Shown: positions 1-13,440 of the stretch, one piece after another | How positions within the stretch are numbered: position 1 is the first letter of the stretch | Layout: every line of letters begins with the position of its first letter | Assembly (NCBI GenBank): GCA_002269645.1 | Contig: NIVC01001357.1 | Span: forward strand, 124,001 to 188,000 | DNA from: Macrostomum lignano | Taxonomy: Eukaryota | Direction of reading: 5' to 3' | Length of the DNA stretch: 64,000 nt | Program-made: the position numbers and the translations under genes | Notes under the pieces: model-generated | What the model was told of the DNA's origin: nothing | Seen by the model: the letters and a program-made list of their open reading frames with translations, nothing else | The model's database searches: none

Positions 1-651
1 CCAGTCAGTCAAAGAGAAAATCCAATACAATCTGAAATCAGTCATTCAACTCGATTTACGCCAAACATATAGGCAAATTTTAATCCACTGAAACTCTCAA
101 GTTCTCAAGTGCTCGGCCCAGGTGCAGTTTTCCCAGCAACTGAGGCGGGCATGAGTCGCATGCAGGTGACGCTGCCGATAGGCCTCAGCTAAGCCCCTAC
201 GAGCGTATTTACAGCCTTTAAAACTCCAATGCATCATCCGAAAGCTATGGTGTGGACAGACAATTTTTCTCCCGACCAACACAATGAACTGAAATTTCCA
301 TTATAAAGTCGGCTTGCCAGATATGACAAGAGAAAAGTCTGCTGCTCTGCGAGGCTCTAAAAATAGAGCATGAAAAGAAGCTGCAGAGCAGATGAAGAGA
401 GTACAATGACTGAACGGGAAATAAGTACTTCATCTTTGTGTCCTCTCGCAATGAAATAACAATTTATGGGCAATAATAATAATCGCATCAGTATTTAATT
501 TTAAATTAAAAGCACACAGGTTCTTATCCGTGTGCTGCCATCTGCACACAGAGCTACCCAAACGCTTAAATTATCAATAAGAGTTCCCACGTGATGCAGT
601 CTACAAAATTAGGTAATTTTTACTATTCTTTCCCACTGATAATTTTATTTA

Positions 652-830
652 TGTAGCCAGATAACAGCCGAACCCCACCTCGAAGCTGATTGGCTGCCGA
701 AGCCCCCAGTCTGGCTGCTGTAGCCAGATAACAGCCGAACCCCACCTCGAAGCTGATTGGCTGCCGAAGCCCAGTCTGGCTGCTGTAGCCAGATAACAGT
801 CGAACCCCACCTCAAAGCTGATTGGTTGTT
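652..830. repeat. Tandem repeat, ~65-67 bp unit, ~3 copies
   Basis: tgtagccagataacagccgaaccccacctcgaagctgattgg... starts at 652, 719 and 784. Confidence 0.9.
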
Positions 831-945
831 GAACTTACTGAAGCCAAATCCAACTTTAAATGTGTTTTTCCCTGACCAGACGTTCTAGATTTATCAGATA
901 ATTAATAATCCGTTTTCCATATGATTTTACTTCTCTTTACTTTAG

Positions 946-3900
946 CGCCGACGAGAGCAGCAAAAAGTTCATGACGACAAATACAGTAGCCTGGTACAAT
1001 GGCAGCGTGCTCTGGATGTTTCCGGCCGTGGTCAAGGTCACGTGCACCCTGAATGTCCGCTATTTCCCATTCGACCGGCAGACTTGCATGATAACCTTCA
1101 TCAGCTGGACTTATCACCTGTTTGAGGTGGATGTGTGGCACGACGAATCAGTTGATGCAAATAAAAATTACTATAGGGAGAATAACCAGGTGTGCCCTTG
1201 TATGCCTTTTGCATCGTATGCGACACGATTTGCATCGTTATTTGTGTCATAGGTCAGTCTCAATTAACCGGAAGCAGGTCATCTTAATAAGCCGGAAGTA
1301 GGTTAGTCTCAATGAACCGGAAGTAGATTAGTCTCAATGAACCGGAAGTAGATTAGTCTCAATGAACCGAAAGTAGATTAGTCTCAATGAACCGGAAGTA
1401 GATTAGTCTCAATGAACCGGAAGTAGGTTAGTCTCAATGAACCGGAAGTAGGTCAGTCTCAATGAACAGGAAGCAGTTCATCTTAATAAGTCGGAAGTAG
1501 GTTAGTCTCAATGAACCGGAAGTAGATTAGTCTCAATGATCATGAGCCTCATGGGTTCATGACCCGTAGATAGTTCAAGTTTCATGACCCCGGATGTGGT
1601 TCAGCCTTTATGAAATATTTATAGTTCAGAAAATTGTACTCCTCTTTATCTCCCCCGCAGGAGTGGAACGTCTCGGCCATAAAATTTTCTAGAACGGAGG
1701 GTGTCTACGCCTGCTGCAAGGAGCCGTGGCCGGACGTTACCATAGTGATCGACATGACTCGACGCTCGTTGTTCTACGTATTTAACCTGATATTTCCCTG
1801 CCTGCTGATGTACGTGGCCAGCTTTCTTGGCTTCTTCCTGCCGATTGAAACGGGAGAAAAAGTCAACTTGGAGCTGACCATCCTGCTGGCTCTGGTGGTG
1901 TTCCTCCTCATCGTTGGGGACACACTGCCGCCAACGCCTGACGCCATTCCGCTTGTGGGTGAGTGACAACAGACTGGGCACTCACCTGAGTGAGGATGGA
2001 GATTCCCCACCGAGAGACCGGGTGCTCACCTGAGGGAGGATGAAGAGGTGCCCCAGCCTCTCCGAGTGACTGCATAGACACTCACCTGATGTAGGATGAA
2101 GAGGTTCCCCAGCCTCTCCGAGTGACTGCATAGACACTCACCTGAGGGAGGATGAAGAGGTGCCCCAGCCTCTCCGAGTGACTGCATGTACACTCACCTG
2201 GAGGGAGGATAAAGAGGTGCCCCAGCCTCTCCGCACAAGCTCACTAAGCGGTTTGTGCGCATGCATCGCATACTGTAGAAGTTCTACACTGGCGCACCGC
2301 CGTCCTCTATTGAACAAAGTGAACTGAAGTGCCCAATTCCGATTTCATGCAGAAAAATCCTTCTCCGCCCTTTCAAACGCATACTTTTAAGCTTCTAGCA
2401 GCTGGTGATTTTCTCGACCTGAGCAGATTTATTCACTCAACTCCCCGATCTTGTATGGCGGAGTGGGTGGGTGGATATAAAAAATTCAAAAGAATAGCTG
2501 AGTGAAGTACTTAAGTGTCCGAAGTTGAGTGTCCTAAGCTCACACACGCGGCCCATAGCAACAATCTGGCCTGGCCTTTGAGCTAGAGCTATAGCGGAGG
2601 CGCCAGAGCCTTTGAATTCAACGCAAACTCACAGAGACCAATTTTTATGAGGCATAAAATCTTTTTAAGGTAGAACCAATTGGAGAAAGTTTACGTTCTG
2701 ATTTGTCCTACATAAGTGTTGGTAAGTATAGACCCAATTAGGCACGTAAGTTTTTTGTCGTCTAAGAGACAAAATGCCTCGTGATTGCCAATCCATTTAG
2801 AAACCGGATTCAACTGATTAAATTTAAGCATTTTTTCTGAATACCGGGTTTTACTCATAACTTACGTCTGCATTTTAAATGTGGTGGGTTGCAAATTAAG
2901 TGGGCGTCAATGGGGTGGGTGTCGATGGGGTGAGTGTCAATGGGGTGGGTGTCGATGGGGTGGGTGTCAATGGGTTGGGTGTCGATGGGGTGGGTGTCGA
3001 TGGGGTGGGTGTCGATGGGGTGGGTGTCGATGGGGTGGCTGTTAATAGATTGGGTGTCAATAGGGTGGGTGTCGATGGGGTGGGTGTCAATTGGGTATGT
3101 CTATGGGGTGGAGTGTCAATGGGGTTTGATGCTAATGGGGTGAGTGTTAATGGGGGATATGCAAGGCGCATATGTAAGCATAGAAATACATATTACACAG
3201 CATTTTACGATAATAAAGGCAGCTTCATTCGCTATCCAGAGCTTGTGGATTAAGTCGAGCAATTATTAATCTGACAGATAATTTGATATTCTCTCTTAGA
3301 CTTTCCTGACTGACACCTACATGTGGAGGGCCACCGCCATCCTCCCGAGCCGCCACCCCCCCCCCAGAGAGGGCAATTACTTTCGAAGGACACCACTGCA
3401 GGCCAGAATATCTGAGCGAGACTGTCAGTACTGGGTCTAACGTTTTTTTCAATAAATTGGCATCATGAGAGAAGCGTGGACCTCGCAGCGCAGGTCTCCA
3501 TCTAGCAGAGTTGACCGACTCCCAGCTGTGCCATTAGCTTCAGCTAACACGGTTATCCATTGGGAAAACTGTAGCAAATAACAAAGCTTGCAAAAAATGA
3601 CCAACAGTTTGCAGAGAATCGATGAGCTCAGCGCTTTCACTATTAGGTAGATCAATCTGCCGCAGTTTCCCATGCAAACCGACACACCCGAAAAATCATT
3701 TTTTTCTCTGCAGATTCACCCAGATACAACAACTCGAGCCAGGGAACAGGGGACCGGGCACTCCCACTAATTGACTAATAACTTTGCGAAAGCTTTGCGA
3801 TATGAGTGATAGTTACTTTTCCACTGACTACGGACTCGGCCTCATTAATTCGGATTCAGCGCAGCCTCGCTGATCTGAGATTTTAGATTGAAAGTGTCCA

Positions 3901-5517
3901 CTGTCTTCTACAGACGTTGTAGGTCTCTTCATTCAGTATTCACGGGTTCTTTGACTTTGTCTGCTTTCAGCTTTGACTGAGATCGCACCAAGGAGGCCTG
4001 ACATGGTTCAGTAACTCTGTAGAATTTTCGCTTCTTTTAAAATAATGGAGTGAGTGACAGAGAATAGTGGTTTTTGAATCCTGCAATAGTCTTCCAAAAA
4101 TACCAGCTCGTAGTTTTGTTCAGACACAGACTTGAATACATTGAGTGGGCGAAGTATTAGCTCTCATGATGCCGGTTTATGAGATTCTCACTCTGGACCT
4201 TTTCCTATCGAGCCTTCCCCACCGAGCCTTCCCCACCGAGCCTTCCCCACCGAGCCTTCCCCACCGAGCCTTCCCCACCGAGCCTTCCCCACTGAGCCTT
4301 CCCCACCGAGCTTCCCCCCCGAGCCTTCCCCACTGAGCCTTCCCCACCGAGCCTTCCCCACCGAGCCTTCCCCACCGAGCCTTCCCCACCGAGCCTTCCC
4401 CACCGAGCCTTCCCCACCGAGCCTTCCCCACCGAGCCTTCCCCACCGAGCCTTCCCCACCGAGCCTTCCCCACCGAGCCTTCCCCACCGAATGCCTGCCA
4501 ATTCCTAACGCTTTCATGCCGCTACCAGTATATGTATGAAGACTGCTTACATGAATCTGAATCTGAAGATGAATCTGAAGCTGTCCAAAACTTTGATTCT
4601 GTCAATAAGTTGCAGCATGGCTTCCCCGCAATCGCCGGATGAACGATCTAGTTTCATGATACATGCGAACTTTCACATGCTGAGTTCAATGCCAAGGCAC
4701 AGAGTGTGTACACTGAAAGCTTGACTGGGAAGTCAGGGCGTGCAGCTCATCTCTGAGGGAAGAGTTATGGGGCTTGACTCCTCGCTTTAAACTATGCCAT
4801 AGCATTACAGCAGCTCAAGCAACAGCTAATCCTCACAAAACCCGGCCAGGCCTTCTGTTCGGCATCACAATGGTCATGGTGTCGCTAGCACTTGTGATGG
4901 GCGTCCTTGTCACCAACATCCACGTGCGCAAAGTGACGAGCAGCGGCCCGCCGCCCTGGCCGGTGCGCCTCTTCGTCAGCCTGCTTCACTGCCGCGAGTG
5001 TCGCCGCCGGCGCCGCCTCGAAGCCGAGCGTCATCGACATCGACACAGCCGATTTGCGGCGTTGAGCGGCGCCACCACCGCCGCTCGATTCCGTTTTCCG
5101 CACTCGACAACAGTCGACGGATGCGAGTCTGTCGGCAGCAACGGCGACGAGAGTTGCCAGCAGCTCAGGCAGAGGCCGCAGCAGCCATCCAACGGTAACG
5201 GAGCTGTGTCGTCAACTGAGCAGTCGAAGACCACGCACCTCATTCGCCTGCCAAGCCACCTGTCGCTACTGGACTACGAGGCCGGAGCAGCGGACGAGGT
5301 GGTGTCCAACAAGAAGAAGCCACACTCGCCGAGGCAAGAGTCGCAAGCTCATCCGAGCGATGGCACCAAAGAATGCATCTGCAACGGGCCCGATGCCTGG
5401 GTGGCGATGGCGAGGTCAACTGATCGGGCCATGTTCTGGCTGTTCCTGCTGGCCAGCGTTGCCGTGATGGGAGGCATCTACGGGCAGGTCCCGAGTTATG
5501 CCAGCGTGACCTCGTAG
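946..5517 (+). CDS. Nicotinic acetylcholine receptor alpha subunit (alpha9/10-like), 3' exons; 5' exons lie upstream of the window or were not found
   Basis: Exons 946-1189, 1661-1958 and 4850-5517 join in frame across GT-AG introns. Cys-loop CTLNVRYFPFDRQTC, loop B SWTY, vicinal cysteines YACCKEP (alpha type), TM1-TM2 GEKVNLELTILLAL, TM3 LLFGITMVMVSL, TM4 DRAMFWLFLLASV. Confidence 0.93.
1252..1540. repeat. Intronic minisatellite, 25-bp unit
   Basis: gtctcaatgaaccggaagtagatta repeated within nAChR intron. Confidence 0.9.
1975..2235. repeat. Intronic minisatellite, ~56-bp unit
   Basis: tgaagaggtgccccagcctctccgagtgactgcatagacactcacctga... at 2041, 2097 and 2153. Confidence 0.9.
2898..3150. 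repeat. G-rich minisatellite, 15-bp unit
   Basis: gggtgtcgatggggt tandem copies. Confidence 0.9.
4205..4490. repeat. Minisatellite, 14-bp unit
   Basis: ccgagccttcccca tandem copies. Confidence 0.95.
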
Positions 5518-6535
5518 CGACCTCGTTATGATAATTAACGGCGTAAAAATATCAAGGTGATCTACAATCAGTCGTTGCGTTGTGAGACTTTTTTTGAAGC
5601 AAATACTCTAAAAACACTTATCAGATAGCGTCTCTGTGAAGTCGCCGCGCCCTAATTTTAAACCCCGCAACCGTGTCTGCTCCGAGTACCTACCGGAAGT
5701 TCAAAAACACCGTTTGTAAATACAATAGATAAATACTGATTGTAACAGGTAGGCTAATCTCAATCAATCGAGATTCTTCTCCGCTCTTACTACCACTCAT
5801 ATTATTACGCTCGTACTTTGCCACTTTCGCCTCATTCCAAAAGAAGCACTAGCGATAAAAAGATTTCGGAGCTCCGGTGCGACTGAGATGAAATACCGCA
5901 TGTACGTTTTTTGTTAAGACCCATCATTGGCATTAACTATTTCGATTTTTGCTCTATTTTCTCCGCGTAGATTTTTTGCCCCGTCTTGTTAAAACTGCAG
6001 AGCGTGACCAGACCTGCACTATCCACCCTGCATGCTATTTTCGTCCTTTGTCGCATAGCTTTTACCTGAAGACTAACGTAACACTGTTTTACTATAATAT
6101 TCGCCACTATATATAAGTTAAAGTAAACTTACTACAACGCAAGACTCTTCAATATAGTCGTTCCGTAATACTGATCGGTTGACTGAAAGCCAACAGCCAG
6201 ACCTCAGCTCAAGCGTCATGTCCTTCCCTGTCATTTGAAATCCAGTCACATTTTGAAATCGCGTGCGCCTTCAAATTTTGAAAGCAGGAAGTTGGGTGAA
6301 AAACCCAACACGACACGCCTCACTCAGGCGAGCCCTAAAAGGCTGCCAATATTGATTTTCTATTGAATTTTTTCACTCATCACCTTAAACAAGCGCCGCG
6401 ACACCGGAACTCCCACTTCAGCACACTTTCCAGCCCAGACTCTTATCCCCCTCTCTACTCTCCACCTACCAATAGAAACTTCACCCTCGGAGCTGGCAAA
6501 AATTATACCTGGCTGTCTTATTCGACGTCCTAGCG

Positions 6536-7041
6536 ATGGCCGTTAAGTATAGTCGCCTGCAGCGCCTCCTGCTCTGTCTGTGGGGGCAGTGCGACTCGGT
6601 GGCGGTTGATGTGGCCTGCCAGCTGGAGTCTCCGACAGCGCAAACTAACAGATCGTTTGGACCGACGCCGCGATACAATGTCGCGTTGGTGACTCGCTCG
6701 TCGACCGAGCTTGAAATTACGAGAACGAGTCACCAACCTGTAAAGCAGGACCGTGTTGACCACCGTCTAGAACAACGCCGCCCTCTGGCGGTCAGGCAGA
6801 TCCTCGGACTACAGGAATGCTTTCGTTGAACGAAAAGATCCACCAACCGTCGGGAACCGTCGAAGATAGACGAACTGTTGACATCACGGTAGTTTCGTCG
6901 TTGCCCCTCAGCGCCTCGGCACAAAATCACAGCCTCGATGTGATTCGGCACGCAGAGCACAACGGTCTTATGCGTGTTGACAGTCTTTTGCTGTTGCTGG
7001 ACGCCCTTGAGGACGACTTCGTAGCCAGATTGTCAGCGTAG
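6536..7041 (+). pseudogene. Possible frameshifted coding remnant of unknown identity
   Basis: Two overlapping GC-rich ORFs (6536-6829, 6817-7041) in different frames. No family confidently recognised. Confidence 0.2.
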
Positions 7042-7590
7042 CCAAGCACGCAGTTTCTGTTAACTGTTGTACCCGCGTCTCTCTCAGTCGTCCTTGGCGT
7101 ACTTTACGAAGAGGACGTTGCACCGTTTGTCCATTTATTGACGTAATTCAAATGCCAATCTTAGTTCAACCCGAAATTATGAACTCATTGCCTGTTATTG
7201 TCTGCTTTTTCTTAACAAGGTTGCACACTTTGGATGTCTTTAAGTGTATTTTATTTGCTCAACCACAGAGTGGCACTGATTTGAGTTTACATTGGCCCAG
7301 ACAAAAGATGTTTTTACTGGAAAATATGAGCGGAGATCACTGGATAAATAAAATGTTGGATGCGCTTTATATAAATATTATTCAAGTGTATTGCTTCTGA
7401 GTGTGTAGAAATAACACTGGCGTATATGCTACTAGCAAAGTAGTGCGCGGAGCGAATTGATAGTAAATAAAATGCGATTAATTCAAGCCGAACAGCAAAA
7501 TAAATCGCTTTATCACTCAGGGGCGTAGCCAGGTAGAGGGTTAAGAGGGCCAAGACCCTTCGTTTGGCTGGCAAAAAGTATTGTATAAAG

Positions 7591-7878
7591 CGCCCCTGGT
7601 GCTGGCGCCCCTGGTGCTGGCGCCCCTGGTGCTGGCGCCCCTGGTGCTGGCGCCCCTGGTGCTGGCGCCCCTGGTGCTGGCGCCCCTGGTGCTGGCGCCC
7701 CTGGTGCTGGCGCCCCTGGTGCTGGCGCCCCTGGTGCTGGCGCCCCTGGTGCTGGCGCCCCTGGTGCTGGCGCCCCTGGTGCTGGCGCCCCTGGTGCTGG
7801 CGCCCCTGGTGCTGGCGCCCCTGGTGCTGGCGCCCCTGGTGCTGGCGCCCCTGGTGCTGGCGCCCCTGGTGCTGGCGC
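7591..7878. repeat. Perfect minisatellite, 15-bp unit
   Basis: cgcccctggtgctgg x ~19. Confidence 0.97.
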
Positions 7879-8011
7879 TCAATCAAATGACATCAGATCC
7901 CCAAAAATGCGCTCCCCAACACAAGTTCCTGGCATTAAGCCCCTGGCATCATGGCAGCGCTTACAATATGACCAGCAAACTTCCAACAAGAATCCGCGCA
8001 GTCTCCCAACT

Positions 8012-9951
8012 CTACACGCGCCAGCCGTCGGTGAGCAATGTCGCATTTTTAGTCCACAAAATGTCGCCAGGCCAGGCGCGCCAGTGCGGCAGAGGCAGCG
8101 GCACCAGCGCATTGGCTTGATCCCCAGTCGGCCGCAGCTCGTACGGCTTGTAGCCCCGGCCAGTCAGGAACTGCAGCATCCAGACGGCCAGGTTCGGCCG
8201 GTGCACTGCCGTGCCGCCCCATTCCATCAGCACCAGCGGCACCGTGTGGTTGCTGAACAGCTTCTGACCGGTGGCGAAGGCGCTCCACTCCTGACCTTCG
8301 ATGTCCAGCTTGAGAAAGACGCCTCTCGCTCCGGCCAGATGGCCGCCAGACGATGCGATCAGCTGGTCGAGGCCGGCAGCGCGCGGTCGGACAGCTTCGT
8401 CGACAAAATCATCGTCGCGGCCTCTGTCGGCGCCCTCGAGCGGAGCGGCGCCGCCGACGTTGCAGCCAGCCGGCAGGCGCAGGCGGAGTTCGGAGCCGCC
8501 TGGCCGGTTGGACAGCGCGTTCCAGTAGACGTGGATCAGTCCCGAGAGGCCGTTGGCTTGCGCAGATTTTGCCAACCTCAGTGCGCTCTGCGGGCCAGAG
8601 CGGGGCGAGTGCTGAGAGCCTGACTCAAGTATTGATTTTAGCTGAGCTAAACAGCTAAACAGGTCACCGGGTGATGAATTGGGCTGACTCATAACTCATG
8701 CATTCGTATGTACGCCTACACTAGCGAGATAGGAAGTTCTCCACTTTGACCACTAAATCCATAATACTCGTATTTTGGCTGGACCTAAGAATTTACAAAT
8801 ATACACGCTTGATATAGCATTTTCCAAGCCAGTAAAGTCAAGGAGCCAGATGGGAGCAGTCTGGGAGAATCAAGCTGTTGATATATACTGTGAAAAGGAT
8901 TAATTTTTAGTTGCGCAACCGAACTCTTAAACTGGCTGCTCCACAGACCCCCTTTTTAGACCATAGACATAGTAAGTCTTCAATACGAGCGTAGCTGAGG
9001 ATTGAACCAAAGATTCTATACTACATAGTTTGTCAACTCAAGCAGCGCGAGAACCCAGGGGTTAAGACCATAGACTGTAGCTTCTGTTGCTCTCAAGCAT
9101 TATCAGCAGCAGCTGGTGTCTGTGGCCCTAACCCTGGGGTTTTGGGGGCCTCGGAGACGGCCGCTATATGCATTGGCGAATGCTAGAGTGACACAACTAG
9201 GCTAGAGTGACACACCGAGGCTAGAGTGACACACCTAGGCTAGAGTGACACACCTAGGCTAGAGAGACACACCTAGGCTAGAGTGACACCTAGGCTAGAG
9301 TGACACACCGAGGCTAGAGTGACACATCTAGGCTAGAGTGAATGGCTTGGTTGGAAAATGCTATATCTTTAGAACTCAAAGTCATCGAGGCCAGCTTACC
9401 CGATAGTTGGCGTCTATGGCCAGAACCTTGCGGCCGACTCGAGCCGCGGTGAGGCTGTACACTCCGACGTTGCTACCGGCGTCAATGAGAACGGAGCGGG
9501 GCCAGGCGCGTAGCGCCATAGTCAGGAATCGAACCCGAGCCGCTTCCCAGCTGCCCCGCTGCCGAACACTGTCCGAGATGAGGTCCCCAGGCGGGTATAG
9601 GAAGATTTTAATTGCCGCGCCGGACGACGGCAGGCGGAGGCGGGACTCGGCAAAGCCGGTCAGGTCCAGATGGTCGAGGCGGGCAATTCGACACGGCTCT
9701 GGCGGCGCTTCGGCGCAGGCGGCATCCAGCTGAGTTGGCGCAATTTGTCTGGCGCCGTCTCCTAGGCAACGGCGTAGCGCCGAAGGCAACGTGGCCGGAT
9801 GGCGCGGCGCATCCGACGGTCGGGAGGTCCGCATTGTAAGAAGGATCGTCGGCAGGCCGACCGCCAGGACGACTGTCAGACAGACGACAGGCCGTCGACC
9901 ACAGCGACGCGGCAAGAGTCGCATTCTGGTGCTGGGGTTTCGTTTTTGCAC
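8012..9951 (-). CDS. FkbM-family (Methyltransf_21) SAM-dependent methyltransferase with N-terminal membrane anchor
   Basis: Exon 1 9951-9400 (donor gtaag) joins in phase 0 to exon 2 from ~8587 to 8012. Motifs ISDSVRQRGSWE, LIDAGSNVGVYSL, VLAIDAN, FLKLDIEGQE and VLMEW are typical of FkbM. Hydrophobic segment VVCLTVVLAVGLPTILL near the N-terminus. The acceptor could alternatively be at 8611. Confidence 0.85.
9181..9340. repeat. Intronic minisatellite, 19-bp unit
   Basis: gctagagtgacacacctag at 9182, 9201, 9220 and onward. Confidence 0.9.
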
Positions 9952-10502
9952 AAAGCTTGTAATCTTTGTTCAGGCTTTGTGAAATGCTAAGAGGAAATTC
10001 GAAAGACGAAAAATCTGTGCGTTTTAGGCGTTTCAGATGAGCTCTCATGATTTTTTTATTTTTCTTATGGAAGCCTTTTTTATGTGTTTATTTTTCTGCC
10101 CCAGGACCCCCCCGCCCCCCTACGCACAGTGTAAGACCTCAAATGCTTGTTTAGCCATTTGGAGACTGGGTCACAGAAATTGGCAAGGCACAGATAGCAT
10201 AGTCTCAAGAGTCTGCGAGCACGAACTCTCTAAATTGTAATCATGGAGAAGCCCAGTCTGTTCCAGCTAAGTGGCCTGACAGCTGCATCGCTGTCTGCAG
10301 GCTCACCCACCCCACTCCTAGGGCACTTCATCGTTTGATGGTTTCAACTAGCTCAATTCTTAGATTGTAGTAGCTACGACCGTAAACTTACAATTGTAGA
10401 AGTGCGAGCGAATGCTTGAGAGTGTTGTAACATCTTGTATCTTCTTTCCTGACCTGATCAGTGCATTTTCAAGAAGCTATTGCGATTTTCTAATAAACTG
10501 AG

Positions 10503-11425
10503 AGGTATTGCTTGTCAGATGGAGGTATTGCTTGTCAGATAGAGGTATTGCTTGTCAGATGGAGGTATTGCTTGTCAGATGGAGGTATTGCTTGTCAGAT
10601 GGAGGTATTGCTTGTCAGATGGAGGTATTGCTTGTCAGATGGAAGTATTGCTTGTCAGATGGAGGTATTGCTTGTCAGATGGAAGTATTGCTTGTCAGAT
10701 GGAGGTATTGCTTGTCAGATAGAGGTATTGCTTGTCAGATGGAGGTATTGCTTGTCAGATGGAGGTATTGCTTGTCAGATGGAGGTATTGTTTGTCAGAT
10801 GGAGGTATTGCTTGTCAGATGGAGGTATTGCTTGTCAGATGGAGGTATTGCTTGTCAGATGGAGGTATTGCTTGTCAGATGGAGGTATTGCTTGTCAGAT
10901 GGAGGTATTGCTTGTCAGATGGAGGTATTGCTTGTCAGATGGAGGTATTGCTTGTCAGATGGAGGTATTGCTTGTCAGATGGAGGTATTGCTTGTCAGAT
11001 GGAGGTATTGCTTGTCAGATGGAGGTATTGCTTGTCAGATGGAGGTATTGCTTGTCAGATAGAGGTATTGCTTGTCAGATGGAGGTATTGCTTGTCAGAT
11101 GGAGGTATTGCTTGTCAGATGGAGGTATTGCTTGTCAGATGGAGGTATTGCTTGTCAGATAGAGGTATTGCTTGTCAGATGGAGGTATTGCTTGTCAGAT
11201 GGAGGTATTGCTTGTCAGATGGAGGTATTGCTTGTCAGATGGAGGTATTGCTTGTCAGATGGAGGTATTGTTTGTCAGATGGAGGTATTGCTTGTCAGAT
11301 GGAGGTATTGCTTGTCAGATGGAGGTATTGTTTGTCAGATGGAGGTATTGCTTGTCAGATGGAGGTATTGCTTGTCAGATGGAGGTATTGTTTGTCACAT
11401 GGAGGTATTGCTTGTCAGATGGAGA
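10503..11425. repeat. Minisatellite, 20-bp unit
   Basis: ggaggtattgcttgtcagat x ~46. Confidence 0.97.
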
Positions 11426-11909
11426 TGCTGCTCATCAGACGGGGGTGTTACTTGTGACAAAATTATTGCCAAAGCAAATTTGTGCATCCGTCCAAAAGGA
11501 CGCACAAGGAGCTACAGCTATGCAAGTTGAAATGCTGATCTGAAAGTGGAGAAAAACTGTGAAAATTATATGCCAATGCTATAGTGCACACAGATACGAA
11601 TTAGCTGCCACCACTGCGCACGTACCCGCCGCCCTGCTGTCCGTCAGCAGCCGGAGACCCCCCACAGGTGGTGCTGTTGCAATCGACGCAATTCCCCCCC
11701 CCCAAGACCAGTCTTGGTACTGCACAGCCCCCACCAGCCTCTCTCACAGTTTGGCTTGGACTTCCAGAGCAAATGAAAGTTGAAATAAAATTTTGCAACA
11801 CCAATTCGCTTACTGATGACCTGATTTGTGTAAATAAATTTGACTAGAAAAGTCTGGAACCCAGCCAGCTTAAAATACTTGCTGCGGCGCGAAACCAATT
11901 AGCTCGTAA

Positions 11910-13440
11910 TTCAATGACAACACATTCAGTGACAACACATTCAATGACAACACATTCAATGACGACACATTCAATGACAACACATTCAGTGACAGCACAT
12001 TCAATGACAACACATTCAATGACAACACATTCAGTGACAGCACATTCAATGACAACACATTCAATGACAACACATTCAGTGACAGCACATTCAATGACAA
12101 CCCATTCAATGACAACACATTCAGTGACAACACATTCAGTGACAACACATTCAATGACAGCACATTCAGTGACAGCACATTCAATGACAACACATTCAGT
12201 GACAGCACATTCAATGACAACACATTCAATGACAACACATTCAGTGACAACACATTCAGTGACAACACATTCAGTGACAGCACATTCAGTGACAGCACAT
12301 TCAATGACAACACATTCAGTGACAGCACATTCAATGACAGCACATTCAGTGACAGCACATTAAATGACAACACATTCAATGACAACACATTCAGTGACAG
12401 CACATTCAATGACAACACATTCAATGACAACACATTCAGTGACAGCACATTCAATGACAACACATTCAATGACAACACATTCAGTGACAACACATTCAGT
12501 GACAACACATTCAATGACAGCACATTCAGTGACAGCACATTCAATGACAACACATTCAGTGACAGCACATTCAGTGACAACACATTCAGTGACAACACAT
12601 TCAGTGACAACACATTCAGTGACAACACATTCAGTGACAACACATTCAGTGACAGCACATTCAGGGACAACACATTCAATGACAACACATTCAGTGACAG
12701 CACATTCAATGACAGCACATTCAGTGACAGCACATTAAATGACAGCACATTAAATGACAACACATTCAATGACAACACATTCAGTGACAACACATTCAAT
12801 GACAGCACATTAAATGACAACACATTCAATGACAGCACATTAAATGACAACACATTCAATGACAACACATTCAGTGACAGCACATTCAATGACAGCACAT
12901 TAAATGACAACACATTCAGTGACAGCACATTCAATGACAACACATTCAATGACAACACATTCAGTGACAGCACATTCAATGACAACACATTCAATGACAA
13001 CACATTCAGTGACAGCACATTCAATGACAACACATTCAATGACAACACATTCAGTGACAACACATTCAGTGACAACACATTCAATGACAGCACATTCAAT
13101 GACAACACATTCAATGACAACACATTCAGTGACAGCACATTCAATGACAACACATTCAATGACAACACATTCAGTGACAACACATTCAGTGACAACACAT
13201 TCAGTGACAGCACATTCAATGACAGCACATTCAATGACAACACATTCAATGACAACACATTCAATGACAACACATTCAATGACAACACATTCAATGACAA
13301 CACATTCAATGACAGCACATTAAATGACAACACATTCAATGACAACACATTACTCGTATTCAATTGCCACACACATTCAATGACAACACGCATTAAATTA
13401 CAACACAATCAATGACAACACATTCACTGACAACACACAA
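11910..13440. repeat. Minisatellite, 15-bp unit
   Basis: tca(a/g)tgaca(a/g)cacat x ~95, degenerate right edge. Confidence 0.97.

Noticed and set aside
1975-2235. Hammerhead-ribozyme-like tandem units (ctga..ga), as in schistosome repeats
   Set aside because: No CUGAUGA core with GAAA and the three required stems could be assembled.
7519-7560. caggggcgtagccag hAT-like left terminus
   Set aside because: No matching right terminus or TSD found. The adjacent 15-bp satellite only loosely resembles it.
11601-11790. Cys/Gly-rich stretch on the minus strand (CERGWWGLC...CVDCNSTTC), EGF-like
   Set aside because: It needs a frameshift in a poly-G run, and there is no convincing acceptor or partner exon.
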